Assembly (NCBI GenBank): GCA_963674815.2 | Contig: CAXXTV010000009.1 | Coordinates: 73,515 to 137,514 of the forward strand | Direction of reading: 5' to 3' | From: Desulfocapsaceae bacterium | GTDB lineage: Bacteria > Desulfobacterota > Desulfobulbia > Desulfobulbales > Desulfocapsaceae | Length of the DNA stretch: 64,000 bases | Shown: positions 49,915 to 58,095 of the stretch, one piece after another | How the letters are laid out: the number at the start of each line of letters is the position of its first letter | Numbering within the stretch: position 1 is the first letter of the stretch | Translations under genes and position numbers: made by a program | The notes under the pieces: generated by a model | The model's input: only the letters and a program-made list of their open reading frames with translations | Databases searched by the model: none | What the model was told of the DNA's origin: nothing

Positions 49915-50253
49915 ATGGCCGAATCGAAAGTATTTGAATGTACTAATTGTGGGAAAACCGTTGAGTCTTGGTCTGACGGAAATCCATACTATTATGATTG
50001 GGAAACAGGAAAGAAGAAATATGCCTATCACCCCAATCACGAGGGTCTCGCGCTTTGCATAGGAAATGATGAAGAGCATCTCTGCCTATCTTGCGGACAG
50101 GAATTCAAAATAGATAATCAAACCCCAATTTCCAAATGTCCAGACTGCTCATCGAATCAAATATCAAAGACAATTTTTCTTGATGACGAAGAGTGTCCAT
50201 TCTGCAAGAATGGATTGTTCAAATATTACCCGAAGCGAAGTTCAATTTCTTAA
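49915..50253 (+). CDS. double zinc-ribbon protein (112 aa)
   Basis: Four CxxC pairs (CTNC, CLSC, CPDC, CPFC). Confidence 0.45.
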   Translation: MAESKVFECTNCGKTVESWSDGNPYYYDWETGKKKYAYHPNHEGLALCIGNDEEHLCLSCGQEFKIDNQTPISKCPDCSSNQISKTIFLDDEECPFCKNGLFKYYPKRSSIS

Positions 50254-50285
50254 TAGAAAAAGTAACCTTCTTAATCCATCACCAT

Positions 50286-50361
50286 CACAGAAAACGCCTA
50301 TCAACCAGTAGCACCATGTGCGACATTGTGGTGTTTTGAACAAGTCCTCTAATGGGGTCGA
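50286..50361 (+). repeat. about 80-bp imperfect-palindromic repeat, copy 2
   Basis: Same orientation and architecture as 45928-46009, including the hairpin 50310-50335. Lies directly after the last operon gene. Confidence 0.7.
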
Positions 50362-50544
50362 GGATTGTTTCTCTCAAAAAGAAATCCAACTAAAGAAATC
50401 CAACTAATCCAAGCATGGTCGATCATTCAAATACCATAGCAACATTTATCCGAGCTAAAAATCGGTTAGGGCACAACTAATAGTCAAAGACTACCAGGTA
50501 AAACAATTAAGGAAAATGGTACTTGCCGGAAGATTTAAAGGGGC

Positions 50545-50584
50545 AAAAAAACGAAAGGCCCGTAACCAATTAAAGTTACGGGCC
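50545..50584 (-). terminator. rho-independent terminator of tRNA-Leu (copy C of the repeated hairpin)
   Basis: GGCCCGTAAC/GTTACGGGCC 10-bp stem at 50557-50584. On the minus strand it is followed by TTTCGTTTTTTT (50545-50556). Confidence 0.8.
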
Positions 50585-50595
50585 TTTTATGTAAA

Positions 50596-50681
50596 TGGTG
50601 CCGAAGGCGAGACTCGAACTCGCACGACCGTGGGCCACTACCCCCTCAAGATAGCGTGTCTACCAGTTCCACCACTTCGGC
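50596..50681 (-). tRNA. leuU: tRNA-Leu (anticodon GAG), CCA encoded
   Basis: The reverse complement reads GCCGAAGTGGTGGAACTGGTAGACACGCTATCTTGAGGGGGTAGTGGCCCACGGTCGTGCGAGTTCGAGTCTCGCCTTCGGCACCA. It has a 7-bp acceptor stem, anticodon loop TTGAGGG, a long variable arm and a GTTCGAGTC T-loop. It lies 12 nt after secG, as in the E. coli secG-leuU arrangement. Confidence 0.95.
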
Positions 50682-50693
50682 ACTATATCTGCT

Positions 50694-51080
50694 CTATTGG
50701 GCCGGTTTCTCCTCTTCTGCCGGCTGGACAGCCTGCTCTGCTGTCTTTACTGCCTCCTGCTCTTCAGGTACGATGAGTTCCGCTTCCTTCTGGACCGGCT
50801 GTTCCGCTGCCGGCTGTTCACTGGTCAGCGAGCTCATTACCGAGCCGGAACCGCTTTGCGCCGACAGGTAGGCAAGAGATATCGAGGTGACCATGAAGAC
50901 AACCGCCGCAAATGTGGTGATCTTGTTCAACAGCGGCAGCGGTCCTTCAGTGCCGAAAAGAGACTGGCTTGAACCACCGAAGGTGGCACCTATGTCAGCT
51001 CCCTTTCCGTGCTGAAGAAGCACGATGCCTATCAGGAACAGGCACACAATAACATGGACGATGATCAGTATGGTCTGCAT
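50694..51080 (-). CDS. secG: preprotein translocase subunit SecG
   Basis: MQTILIIVHVIVCLFLIGIVLLQHGKGADIGATFGG is canonical SecG. It has an acidic, Pro/Glu-rich C-terminal tail. Confidence 0.95.
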   Translation of the reverse strand: MQTILIIVHVIVCLFLIGIVLLQHGKGADIGATFGGSSQSLFGTEGPLPLLNKITTFAAVVFMVTSISLAYLSAQSGSGSVMSSLTSEQPAAEQPVQKEAELIVPEEQEAVKTAEQAVQPAEEEKPAQ

Positions 51081-51082
51081 CT

Positions 51083-51859
51083 CTATTTTTTCTGCTTGAA
51101 ATTAATAATCCGCCCGAATGATTCACTATCCAGGGCGGCTCCGCCAACCAGCGCTCCATCGATATCGGGTTGGGCCATCAGCTCATCGATGTTGACAGGT
51201 TTGACCGAGCCACCATACAATATTCTCAAACCCTCGGCAACACCTTTTTCAAAAAGACTCTCAACCAGCCCCCGGATGAAGGCGTGGGCCTCCTGGGCCT
51301 GCTCGTTTGAGGCAATCTTGCCGGTGCCGATAGCCCAGACCGGCTCATAGGCGATGACAACCTTTTCCATCTGTCTGGCGCTGACCTGGGCAAGCCCGGT
51401 TTTAATCTGTTTCTCGAGGACCGAAAATGTCGTGCCGCCCTCCCGTTCTTCGAGGGCCTCGCCGACACAGAGGATCACCTGCAATTTGAATTTAAGCGCT
51501 CCCCGTACCCGCTTGTTGACAAGCTCATCGGTTTCGCCAAAAATCTGGCGACGCTCCGAGTGGCCGACAATCGCGGCCGAAGCTCCGGCATCCCTGAGCA
51601 TGGTCGGGGAAATCTCCCCGGTAAAGGCGCCGGAAGTCTCCCAACAGACGTTCTGGCCGGCAACGATCACCCCGGAATCACCGATGACATGAGACACTTC
51701 ACTGATGATGGTATAGGGAGGCGCAATCAGCACTTCACGGTCCTGCCGATCTGTAAACGCTTTGGCAACGCCGGCGGCAAGGGCACAGCCATCGACCAGG
51801 GTCGTGTGCATTTTCCAGTTTCCGGCGATAAGGGCTTTTCTCTTCATCCTGTTCTCCAC
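51083..51859 (-). CDS. tpiA: triosephosphate isomerase
   Basis: AGNWKMH, VGHSERR and IAYEPVWAIGTG motifs. Alternative ATG start at 51847. Confidence 0.95.
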   Translation of the reverse strand: MENRMKRKALIAGNWKMHTTLVDGCALAAGVAKAFTDRQDREVLIAPPYTIISEVSHVIGDSGVIVAGQNVCWETSGAFTGEISPTMLRDAGASAAIVGHSERRQIFGETDELVNKRVRGALKFKLQVILCVGEALEEREGGTTFSVLEKQIKTGLAQVSARQMEKVVIAYEPVWAIGTGKIASNEQAQEAHAFIRGLVESLFEKGVAEGLRILYGGSVKPVNIDELMAQPDIDGALVGGAALDSESFGRIINFKQKK

Positions 51860-51868
51860 TCTCTATAG

Positions 51869-53044
51869 TTATTGCAGCGCTTCAACGCCGGGCAGTTTTT
51901 TGCCTTCCATCAATTCCAGAAAAGCGCCCCCACCAGTTGACATATAACTGATATTCCCGCTTTCCCCAGCCTTCTTGACCGCTGCATTTGAGTCCCCGCC
52001 GCCGGTAATCGACAGCGCATGCGAGGCAGCAACCGCATGGCAGAGCGCCATAGTCCCACGGGCAAACGGATCCATCTCAAAAGCTCCCATCGGACCGTTC
52101 CAGACGATTGTCCTGGCGTCAGCCAGCGCCTCCTGGAAGTAGGTGGTGGTCGCCGGGCCGATGTCCAGTGCCAGCCAGCCCTGCGGGATATCCCGGAAGG
52201 TGACGCACTTTGTCACCGCGTCGGCTGCAAATCGGTCTGCAACGACAAAATCAAAGGGCATGTAGATTTTAACCCCTTTCTTCTCGGCTGCATCGACCAG
52301 TGTCCGCGCCGCATCCAGCAGATCCTCCTCGACGAGCGAGCCGCCCATGTCGACTCCCTGGCTTTTCAGGAATGTGTTGGCCATTGCCCCGCCGATTATC
52401 AGTTTGTCGACACGGTCGAGCATATTCTGCAGGGCTCCGAGTTTCGATGACACCTTGGCCCCGCCGATCAGGGCGACGAGCGGCCTGACCGGATCACCCA
52501 TGGCCCTGGCGAAATAATCAAGCTCTTTCTGCAGCAGCAGGCCGGCACCTTTTTCGGCGACATGGGCGGTAACCCCGCTTACCGAGGCGTGGGCGCGGTG
52601 GGAGACGGCAAAGGCATCATTGATGTAGACATCGCCGAGCCGGGCAAGATCTTTTGAAAACTGGGGATCATTTTTCGTTTCCTGCCCGTAAAACCTCAGG
52701 TTCTCGAGAAGAAGCAGATCTCCGGGCTGGAGAGCCGCAGCCTTTGCTTCGACCTCCTTGCCGACACAGTCCGGCACAAACTGCACCTCGGTGTCCATCA
52801 GGCGGCCGAGGTGCGCCGCCACCGGAGCCATGCTGAAAGACTCAACCCGCTTGCCTCCAGGCCGCCCGAAATGGGAGCAGATGACGGCCTTTCCGCCCTG
52901 TGCCCGGATATATTCAAGGGTCGGCAGAGCCATTTTCATGCGGATATCATCGGTGATGTTCTTCTCGTCATCCATCGGCACGTTAAAATCCACCCGGACC
53001 AGTACACGCTTGTTTTTCAGGTCGATATCACGAATACTTTTCAT
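51869..53044 (-). CDS. pgk: phosphoglycerate kinase
   Basis: 391 aa. VRVDFNVP, SHFGRP and STGGGAFLE motifs. Confidence 0.95.
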   Translation of the reverse strand: MKSIRDIDLKNKRVLVRVDFNVPMDDEKNITDDIRMKMALPTLEYIRAQGGKAVICSHFGRPGGKRVESFSMAPVAAHLGRLMDTEVQFVPDCVGKEVEAKAAALQPGDLLLLENLRFYGQETKNDPQFSKDLARLGDVYINDAFAVSHRAHASVSGVTAHVAEKGAGLLLQKELDYFARAMGDPVRPLVALIGGAKVSSKLGALQNMLDRVDKLIIGGAMANTFLKSQGVDMGGSLVEEDLLDAARTLVDAAEKKGVKIYMPFDFVVADRFAADAVTKCVTFRDIPQGWLALDIGPATTTYFQEALADARTIVWNGPMGAFEMDPFARGTMALCHAVAASHALSITGGGDSNAAVKKAGESGNISYMSTGGGAFLELMEGKKLPGVEALQ

Positions 53045-53523
53045 TTTGCCTGTCCTTCCCCGCCAAGGTTTAGAATTTTTTTCAATACCAGTGCATCATC
53101 GGAGGGCTGTCTGTAATAGTTAATTCGCCTGCCGACTTCTGTAAAGCCGTGGCCCAGATAAAAAGTGATGGCAGCGTGGTTGCGGGACCGCACTTCAAGA
53201 TACATCTCGCCGACGCTCTGCTGCCGGTACAAACTGAAAAAGCCTTCCAGCAGCATGGAGCCAAGCCCCCGGCGCCGCACTGACGGCCGGACCGAAATCC
53301 TCAACAGCTCTGCTTCAAAGGTGCTGTGGCGGCAGCACCCCCAGCCAGCGACGGAGGTGCCGTCACAAACAACAAGCGCTGCACCATCGAAGCGCCCGAG
53401 CTCTGCTGCGATCGATGCTTCAGACCAGGCCGAAAGCTCAGCGCTTTCAAGAGCCGCAACAACGGGAATATCGGCTGCTGCCAGGCGTCTGATCGAGCAA
53501 TTCTCAGACCATGCTGTCTGCAA
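53041..53523 (-). CDS. rimI: GNAT acetyltransferase, RimI-like (ribosomal-protein-alanine N-acetyltransferase)
   Basis: 160 aa. RRRGLGSMLL acetyl-CoA motif and an EVRSRNHAAITFYLGHGF end. Confidence 0.7.
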   Translation of the reverse strand: MQTAWSENCSIRRLAAADIPVVAALESAELSAWSEASIAAELGRFDGAALVVCDGTSVAGWGCCRHSTFEAELLRISVRPSVRRRGLGSMLLEGFFSLYRQQSVGEMYLEVRSRNHAAITFYLGHGFTEVGRRINYYRQPSDDALVLKKILNLGGEGQAK

Positions 53524-54715
53524 CTTTTTCCGTCAGGTCGCCGAGCATGTTGGTATAACTGCCAAGCTCGTTGTCGTACCATCCGTAAATAACTGCCTGG
53601 GTTACCGGTACTTCGAGCATTTCCCCACCGCTCACTGCCGAGGCCTCGGTCCTGGACAGGTTCACCCGGATCGTGGCAGTCCGCGTGTGGGTTTCACTCC
53701 CCTCGATAACCGCGGCGGCTTTCGGCAGTCCGATGATATCGGAAGAAACATTCTGCTTTTCGGTAAATACCAGGTAATCATTGCTCACTGCGTAATCCCG
53801 GTACACGGCGTTGATGAATTCCCGCCTGGTCGGGTTCCCCGGCTCATCCTGGATATTGATGACGAGCACGATCAATGACCCGGTCGATGTCGGAATCCGG
53901 ACCGACTCGGCAATAAAGCCGATATTCTTCATCTCCGGGATAACAAGTCCCAGCGCCTTGGCAGCTCCTGTTGTGGTAAGAATGATGTTGTTCAAAATTG
54001 AACGATTCTTCCTCAGATCAGCGGCGCCCGCCTTGGGCAGGCGGTCGAGCACCTGCTGGCTGCCTGTCGCGGCATGAACGGTCACCATGGAGGCGCTGAG
54101 CAGGTTCTCGGCCCCGATCGTTTCCAGCAGCGGTTTGATCATGTATGACAGGCAGGTGGTCGTGCACGATGCTGCCGAAATAATGTGGTGCCGGGAGGGA
54201 ATGTAGTCATCATCATTTATGCCCATGACCGTGGTCACTGCATCGCCCGGCATGTCGAGCCCTTTTGACTTGATCTTGAAAGGGGCCGAAAGCATCACCT
54301 TGACGGCACCTGCCTCGAGATGGCCCCGCAGCGCACCGCCGGGGTCGCCGGGGTCGGTCGTCGGATCATTGAAGGCGCCGGTCGTGTCGACCACCAACCC
54401 GACTCCATTTTGTCGCCAGGCGATATCTTTGGGGTTCCGGGATTTTCTCAGGATTTTTACCGGAACGCCATCGATCAGCATCGAGCCGTGCTCCTCGTCC
54501 AGTCCTTCAATAACACGCCCGCCGCGATGCCCATGGAGGTAGGAACCAAGTCGGCCATAAGTTGAATCCCGTTCGATAGAGGCCGCCAGGTCTTCGAGAT
54601 TGTTGCCGACATTACGGCCGATATTCACAACAATTTCCGAGAAATGTTTGCGCGACACATGGCTCCACAAAGAAAGTTTGCCAATGCGTCCGAGACCGTT
54701 GATACCTAATTTCAT
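53504..54715 (-). CDS. gap: glyceraldehyde-3-phosphate dehydrogenase (long form, about 403 aa)
   Basis: MKLGINGLGRIGKL N-terminus, active site SAASCTTTC, and WYDNE near the C-terminus. Start taken at ATG 54715, 6 nt after AGGGGGAGG. The tracked 5' extension to 54913 is not credible. Confidence 0.9.
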   Translation of the reverse strand: MKLGINGLGRIGKLSLWSHVSRKHFSEIVVNIGRNVGNNLEDLAASIERDSTYGRLGSYLHGHRGGRVIEGLDEEHGSMLIDGVPVKILRKSRNPKDIAWRQNGVGLVVDTTGAFNDPTTDPGDPGGALRGHLEAGAVKVMLSAPFKIKSKGLDMPGDAVTTVMGINDDDYIPSRHHIISAASCTTTCLSYMIKPLLETIGAENLLSASMVTVHAATGSQQVLDRLPKAGAADLRKNRSILNNIILTTTGAAKALGLVIPEMKNIGFIAESVRIPTSTGSLIVLVINIQDEPGNPTRREFINAVYRDYAVSNDYLVFTEKQNVSSDIIGLPKAAAVIEGSETHTRTATIRVNLSRTEASAVSGGEMLEVPVTQAVIYGWYDNELGSYTNMLGDLTEKVADSMV

Positions 54716-54907
54716 GGTCATCCTCCCCCTTTTTGAGTAGGTTGTACTGTCCGGCGGCTGTTCGTCATACAAAGAAAAGTCGTCACTTGTCATGTTACTG
54801 TTCAGCTGGGCCTGCACGTCGCCCGGCCCTGGACGAAAAGGCCAACAGCGCTGCAGCCCACAGCCTCCATTAATAGCACACACAGCACAAAATTCCAGTT
54901 CATTATC

Positions 54908-55621
54908 ATGCAATTTGCAACGAAATTACAGCAGGCGACCCTGATCCGCCGCTACAAGAGATTCCTCGCCGACGTACGCTGTCCCGACGGCAGCGAGATG
55001 ACCATACACTGCCCCAACTCCGGTTCGATGCGTTCATGTTCGGAGCCCGGCAGTGTTATCTGCTACTCGTTTTCGGACAACCCGAAGCGGAAATACCCGC
55101 ACACCCTTGAAATGGTCCAGGTAAATAGTACCTGGGTCGGCGTCAATACCTCACTGACCAACCGCATCGTCGCCGAGGCCTGCAAAAGTGGAGGAATCAG
55201 TGAATTCAAGACATTTGACAGCCTCAGCCGGGAGGTCACAACCTCCGAGGGCAACCGGCTGGACCTGCTGCTGGTCTCGGCAGGCCGCAAAACCTATATA
55301 GAGATAAAGAGCAGTACGCTGGTGACGGACCGGTGCGCGCAGTTCCCTGATGCCGTCACCGCCCGCGGGACCAGGCATCTCCAGGAACTGGTCCGGCTTG
55401 TTGAGCTGGGCCATTCCGGGGTGATATTCTTCCTCGTCCAGAGAGACGACGCCGACCGCTTTGAACCGGCAGCCGCCATCGACCCGCGCTATGCCCGGAC
55501 GCTTGTCGAGGCTCACGAAAAAGGCGTCAAAATTCTTGTCTACCAGGCATCCGTCACGCCGCAGTCGATCACGATAGTCCGCCCGCTGCCCTGCACGTTG
55601 CCGGATATCAGCGACATCTAA
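54908..55621 (+). CDS. sfsA: sugar fermentation stimulation protein SfsA
   Basis: 237 aa. LIRRYKRFLADV...HCPNSGSM is the SfsA N-terminal signature. Confidence 0.9.
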   Translation: MQFATKLQQATLIRRYKRFLADVRCPDGSEMTIHCPNSGSMRSCSEPGSVICYSFSDNPKRKYPHTLEMVQVNSTWVGVNTSLTNRIVAEACKSGGISEFKTFDSLSREVTTSEGNRLDLLLVSAGRKTYIEIKSSTLVTDRCAQFPDAVTARGTRHLQELVRLVELGHSGVIFFLVQRDDADRFEPAAAIDPRYARTLVEAHEKGVKILVYQASVTPQSITIVRPLPCTLPDISDI

Positions 55622-55972
55622 AACCGATGCTGCTGCTGAAACGAACAGACAGGCCGTCCATGGCCTGCCGTCAGTTGCGGACGTCCTGTCCGCAACCCTC
55701 CGGGCCCGTTGCAGCTCCACGGCGGGCCTCCGCGATGCGTCCGGAAGCAATGCCCGCCGCCTCCCTGGTCGCAGATATCTGCGATTGAGGCCGACGAACC
55801 TTTTTTTAACAATAATCAGTGTATGAGAACCTCGTAGAAACAGAATCGATGGCTAAGTAAAAACTTCGATAAACAAGAAGTGGTGTTTTTTCAAGTGTGA
55901 AGGCATACATATGGTATGTCGAGTGCTTGAAAAAGTGCCACGACGCAGGAGATCGGACTTTTTACGACGCCA

Positions 55973-56644
55973 TCAACGTATGATGTCAGCCAGACGCCCC
56001 CACCGTATCGAGGAGAGGCGATCGATGGAGAACAGCGGTTTCTGGATATCCCAGGACCAGTAGATGATAAGGGCCTTGCCGAGTACGTCCCGACTATCAA
56101 CATACCCCCAGAACCGGCTGTCATAGCTGTTGTCCCGATTGTCACCCATAACAAAGAGTTTCCCCTGCGGGACGACAATCGGCCCGAAATTATCCTTCGG
56201 GCTCATCCCCGCAGGCAGATTTTCTGTTGAGGCAAAATGGGCATGAGGATCTTCCACTTTCTTGCCGTTTATCATCAGTGACTTGTTGATGATCTCTATC
56301 TTGTCACCAGGTACGCCGATTACCCGCTTGATGTAATCGATCTTGCGGTCCTCGGGAAAGCGGAAGACAACGACATCGCCATGTTTCGGATCCTTTATGG
56401 GAATCAGCTGCGTACCGGTAAACGGCACCTTGATGCCATAGAGAAACTTGTTTACCAGGAGATGATCACCGATCTGCAGCGTTGGCAGCATGGACCCGGA
56501 TGGTATTTTAAATGCCTGAATGACAAACGTTCTGATAAAGAGGGCGAGCAGGACGGCGATGATGATCGCCTCCGCGTATTCCCTGAAAACTGATTTCTTC
56601 TTTTCTTCCCTGTTCACCTGCGCATCCCCGTAACGTTCTGTCAT
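55973..56644 (-). CDS. lepB: signal peptidase I
   Basis: IPSGSMLPTL (catalytic Ser box), GDHLLVNKF, and GDNRDNSYDSRFWG. Start at ATG 56644 after AGGGGA. Confidence 0.95.
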   Translation of the reverse strand: MTERYGDAQVNREEKKKSVFREYAEAIIIAVLLALFIRTFVIQAFKIPSGSMLPTLQIGDHLLVNKFLYGIKVPFTGTQLIPIKDPKHGDVVVFRFPEDRKIDYIKRVIGVPGDKIEIINKSLMINGKKVEDPHAHFASTENLPAGMSPKDNFGPIVVPQGKLFVMGDNRDNSYDSRFWGYVDSRDVLGKALIIYWSWDIQKPLFSIDRLSSIRWGRLADIIR

Positions 56645-56899
56645 ATGATTTCCCCTGAGCCAATTCTTCCCGGCCAAGCTACTTGAAAATGGTGGATATT
56701 ACAAGAGAGATCAGGTATTCTCTGCGTGGAGTGAATGTTTTCTCTTTTCCATCAGTAATTTACAGCGTTACAAGGCCTGCTGACCAGGGCCCGCTTACAT
56801 GGTCGATATATCGTGGTAATCCAGTTTCGAAATGGTTATTGAGGCGAATAAATACCTGTTAAATGTAAGAAAATTTTTTGTACTTTTTTCGCGTTTTTC

Positions 56900-56929
56900 T
56901 TGACAATTGATTTATTTTATGTCCTAAAT
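56900..56929 (+). promoter_or_regulatory. possible sigma70-like promoter upstream of pilM
   Basis: TTGACA at 56900-56905, an 18-nt spacer, then CTAAAT at 56924-56929 in an AT-rich leader. The -10 match is weak. Confidence 0.25.
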
Positions 56930-57012
56930 GTAATTTAGTATGGAAAGTCTATTACTTACTGGCTCTTCCCGCTCTTTGTACAAAAATTGATACTCAAATA
57001 CTGGTCGTTACA

Positions 57013-58071
57013 ATGAAACTGCCGTTTTTATCTTCAGAGCAATTGGTCGTCGGGGTGGACATCGGTTCTCATGCAGTCAAGGTGTGCCAGCTCAAGCGAA
57101 CGGATAAGGCCTATTCGGTCCTCAGTGTCGGCAGCGCCCTGCTTCCGGAAGGTGCGGTTGACGACGGCACACTGAACGAACCTGAGGTTGTCGGCGAAGC
57201 AATTGCCGGCTTGTTCAAAAACCTGAAAATCAAAAGCAAGAAGGTTGGTTTCTCGATTTCCGGCTACTCGGTAATCGTTAAAAAGGTTAATCTGGCCGTG
57301 ATGGACGACAGCACCCTTGAAGAACACATCATGGCAGAGGCCGAACAATACATCCCGTTTGACATCCAGGACGTCTATCTCGATTTCCAGGATCTCAAGA
57401 CCAGCACCGAGGAAAATGAACGTACCGACGTCATGCTCGTCGCCGCCAAGAAAGACATCGTCGACGACTACCTCGAGATGCTCGAAAACATAGGGTTGCA
57501 GGCAACAATTGTTGATGTTGACGGTTTTGCGCTGGAGAACACCTACGAATACAACACCCCGAAAACAGAAAATGTCGCCCTGGTGGACATCGGCGCCTCC
57601 AAGATGAACATCAACATCATCTCTTCCGGCATGTCGGTGGTGGCCCGTGATATCGTCGTCGGAAGCCGGCAGTTGACCGAGCACATCCAGAATCGATTTG
57701 ATCTCGATTTTGATGAAGCGGAGGCGATCAAACTCGGACACCAGCCTGCCGAAGACAGGAAGGATGAAATTGAGAAGATTTTCTCAACCGTCTGCACGCA
57801 ATGGGTTCTCGAGATCAAAAAGGCGATCGATCTCTACCATTCCAACTATCCAGAATCGCCGCTGAAAAAACTCGTGCTCAGCGGCGGTGGTTCCAAGGTT
57901 ACCGGGCTTACCGATTTCCTGGCGAATGAGACGGGTCTTGAGGTTGAACTGTTCAATCCATTCGTCAACATGACGTCCAACGATAAGAAAATAGACCGCG
58001 ATTACCTAAAAATTGTCGGACCGGAGATGGCCATTGCCTCAGGCATAGCCATCAGGCCGTCAGCAATATAG
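57013..58071 (+). CDS. pilM: type IV pilus assembly protein PilM
   Basis: 352 aa. Actin-like ATPase fold signature (VGVDIGSHAVKV, LVDIGASKMNI, LSGGGSKV). Heads the pilMNOP order. Confidence 0.9.
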   Translation: MKLPFLSSEQLVVGVDIGSHAVKVCQLKRTDKAYSVLSVGSALLPEGAVDDGTLNEPEVVGEAIAGLFKNLKIKSKKVGFSISGYSVIVKKVNLAVMDDSTLEEHIMAEAEQYIPFDIQDVYLDFQDLKTSTEENERTDVMLVAAKKDIVDDYLEMLENIGLQATIVDVDGFALENTYEYNTPKTENVALVDIGASKMNINIISSGMSVVARDIVVGSRQLTEHIQNRFDLDFDEAEAIKLGHQPAEDRKDEIEKIFSTVCTQWVLEIKKAIDLYHSNYPESPLKKLVLSGGGSKVTGLTDFLANETGLEVELFNPFVNMTSNDKKIDRDYLKIVGPEMAIASGIAIRPSAI

Positions 58072-58095
58072 GAAATCCCTGAAACCAGGTGCCCT

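Noticed and set aside
45928-50361. The two structured repeats as integron attC sites (a CALIN-like cassette array).
   Set aside because: The outer arms read 5'-GTTAG...CTAAC-3', not the attC arrangement RYYYAAC...GTTRRRY. Copy 2 lacks the left arm. The bracketed unit holds about 8 ORFs rather than one. No intI is in the window.
50516-50776. The 86-aa plus-strand ORF.
   Set aside because: It runs across the tRNA-Leu gene and its terminator and is antisense to secG, so it is a spurious ORF.
54716-54913. The 66-aa Cys-containing N-terminal extension on GAPDH in the tracked ORF 53504-54913.
   Set aside because: A strong RBS (AGGGGGAGG) precedes the internal MKLGINGLGRIGK start. The extension has no GAPDH counterpart and overlaps the sfsA start region.
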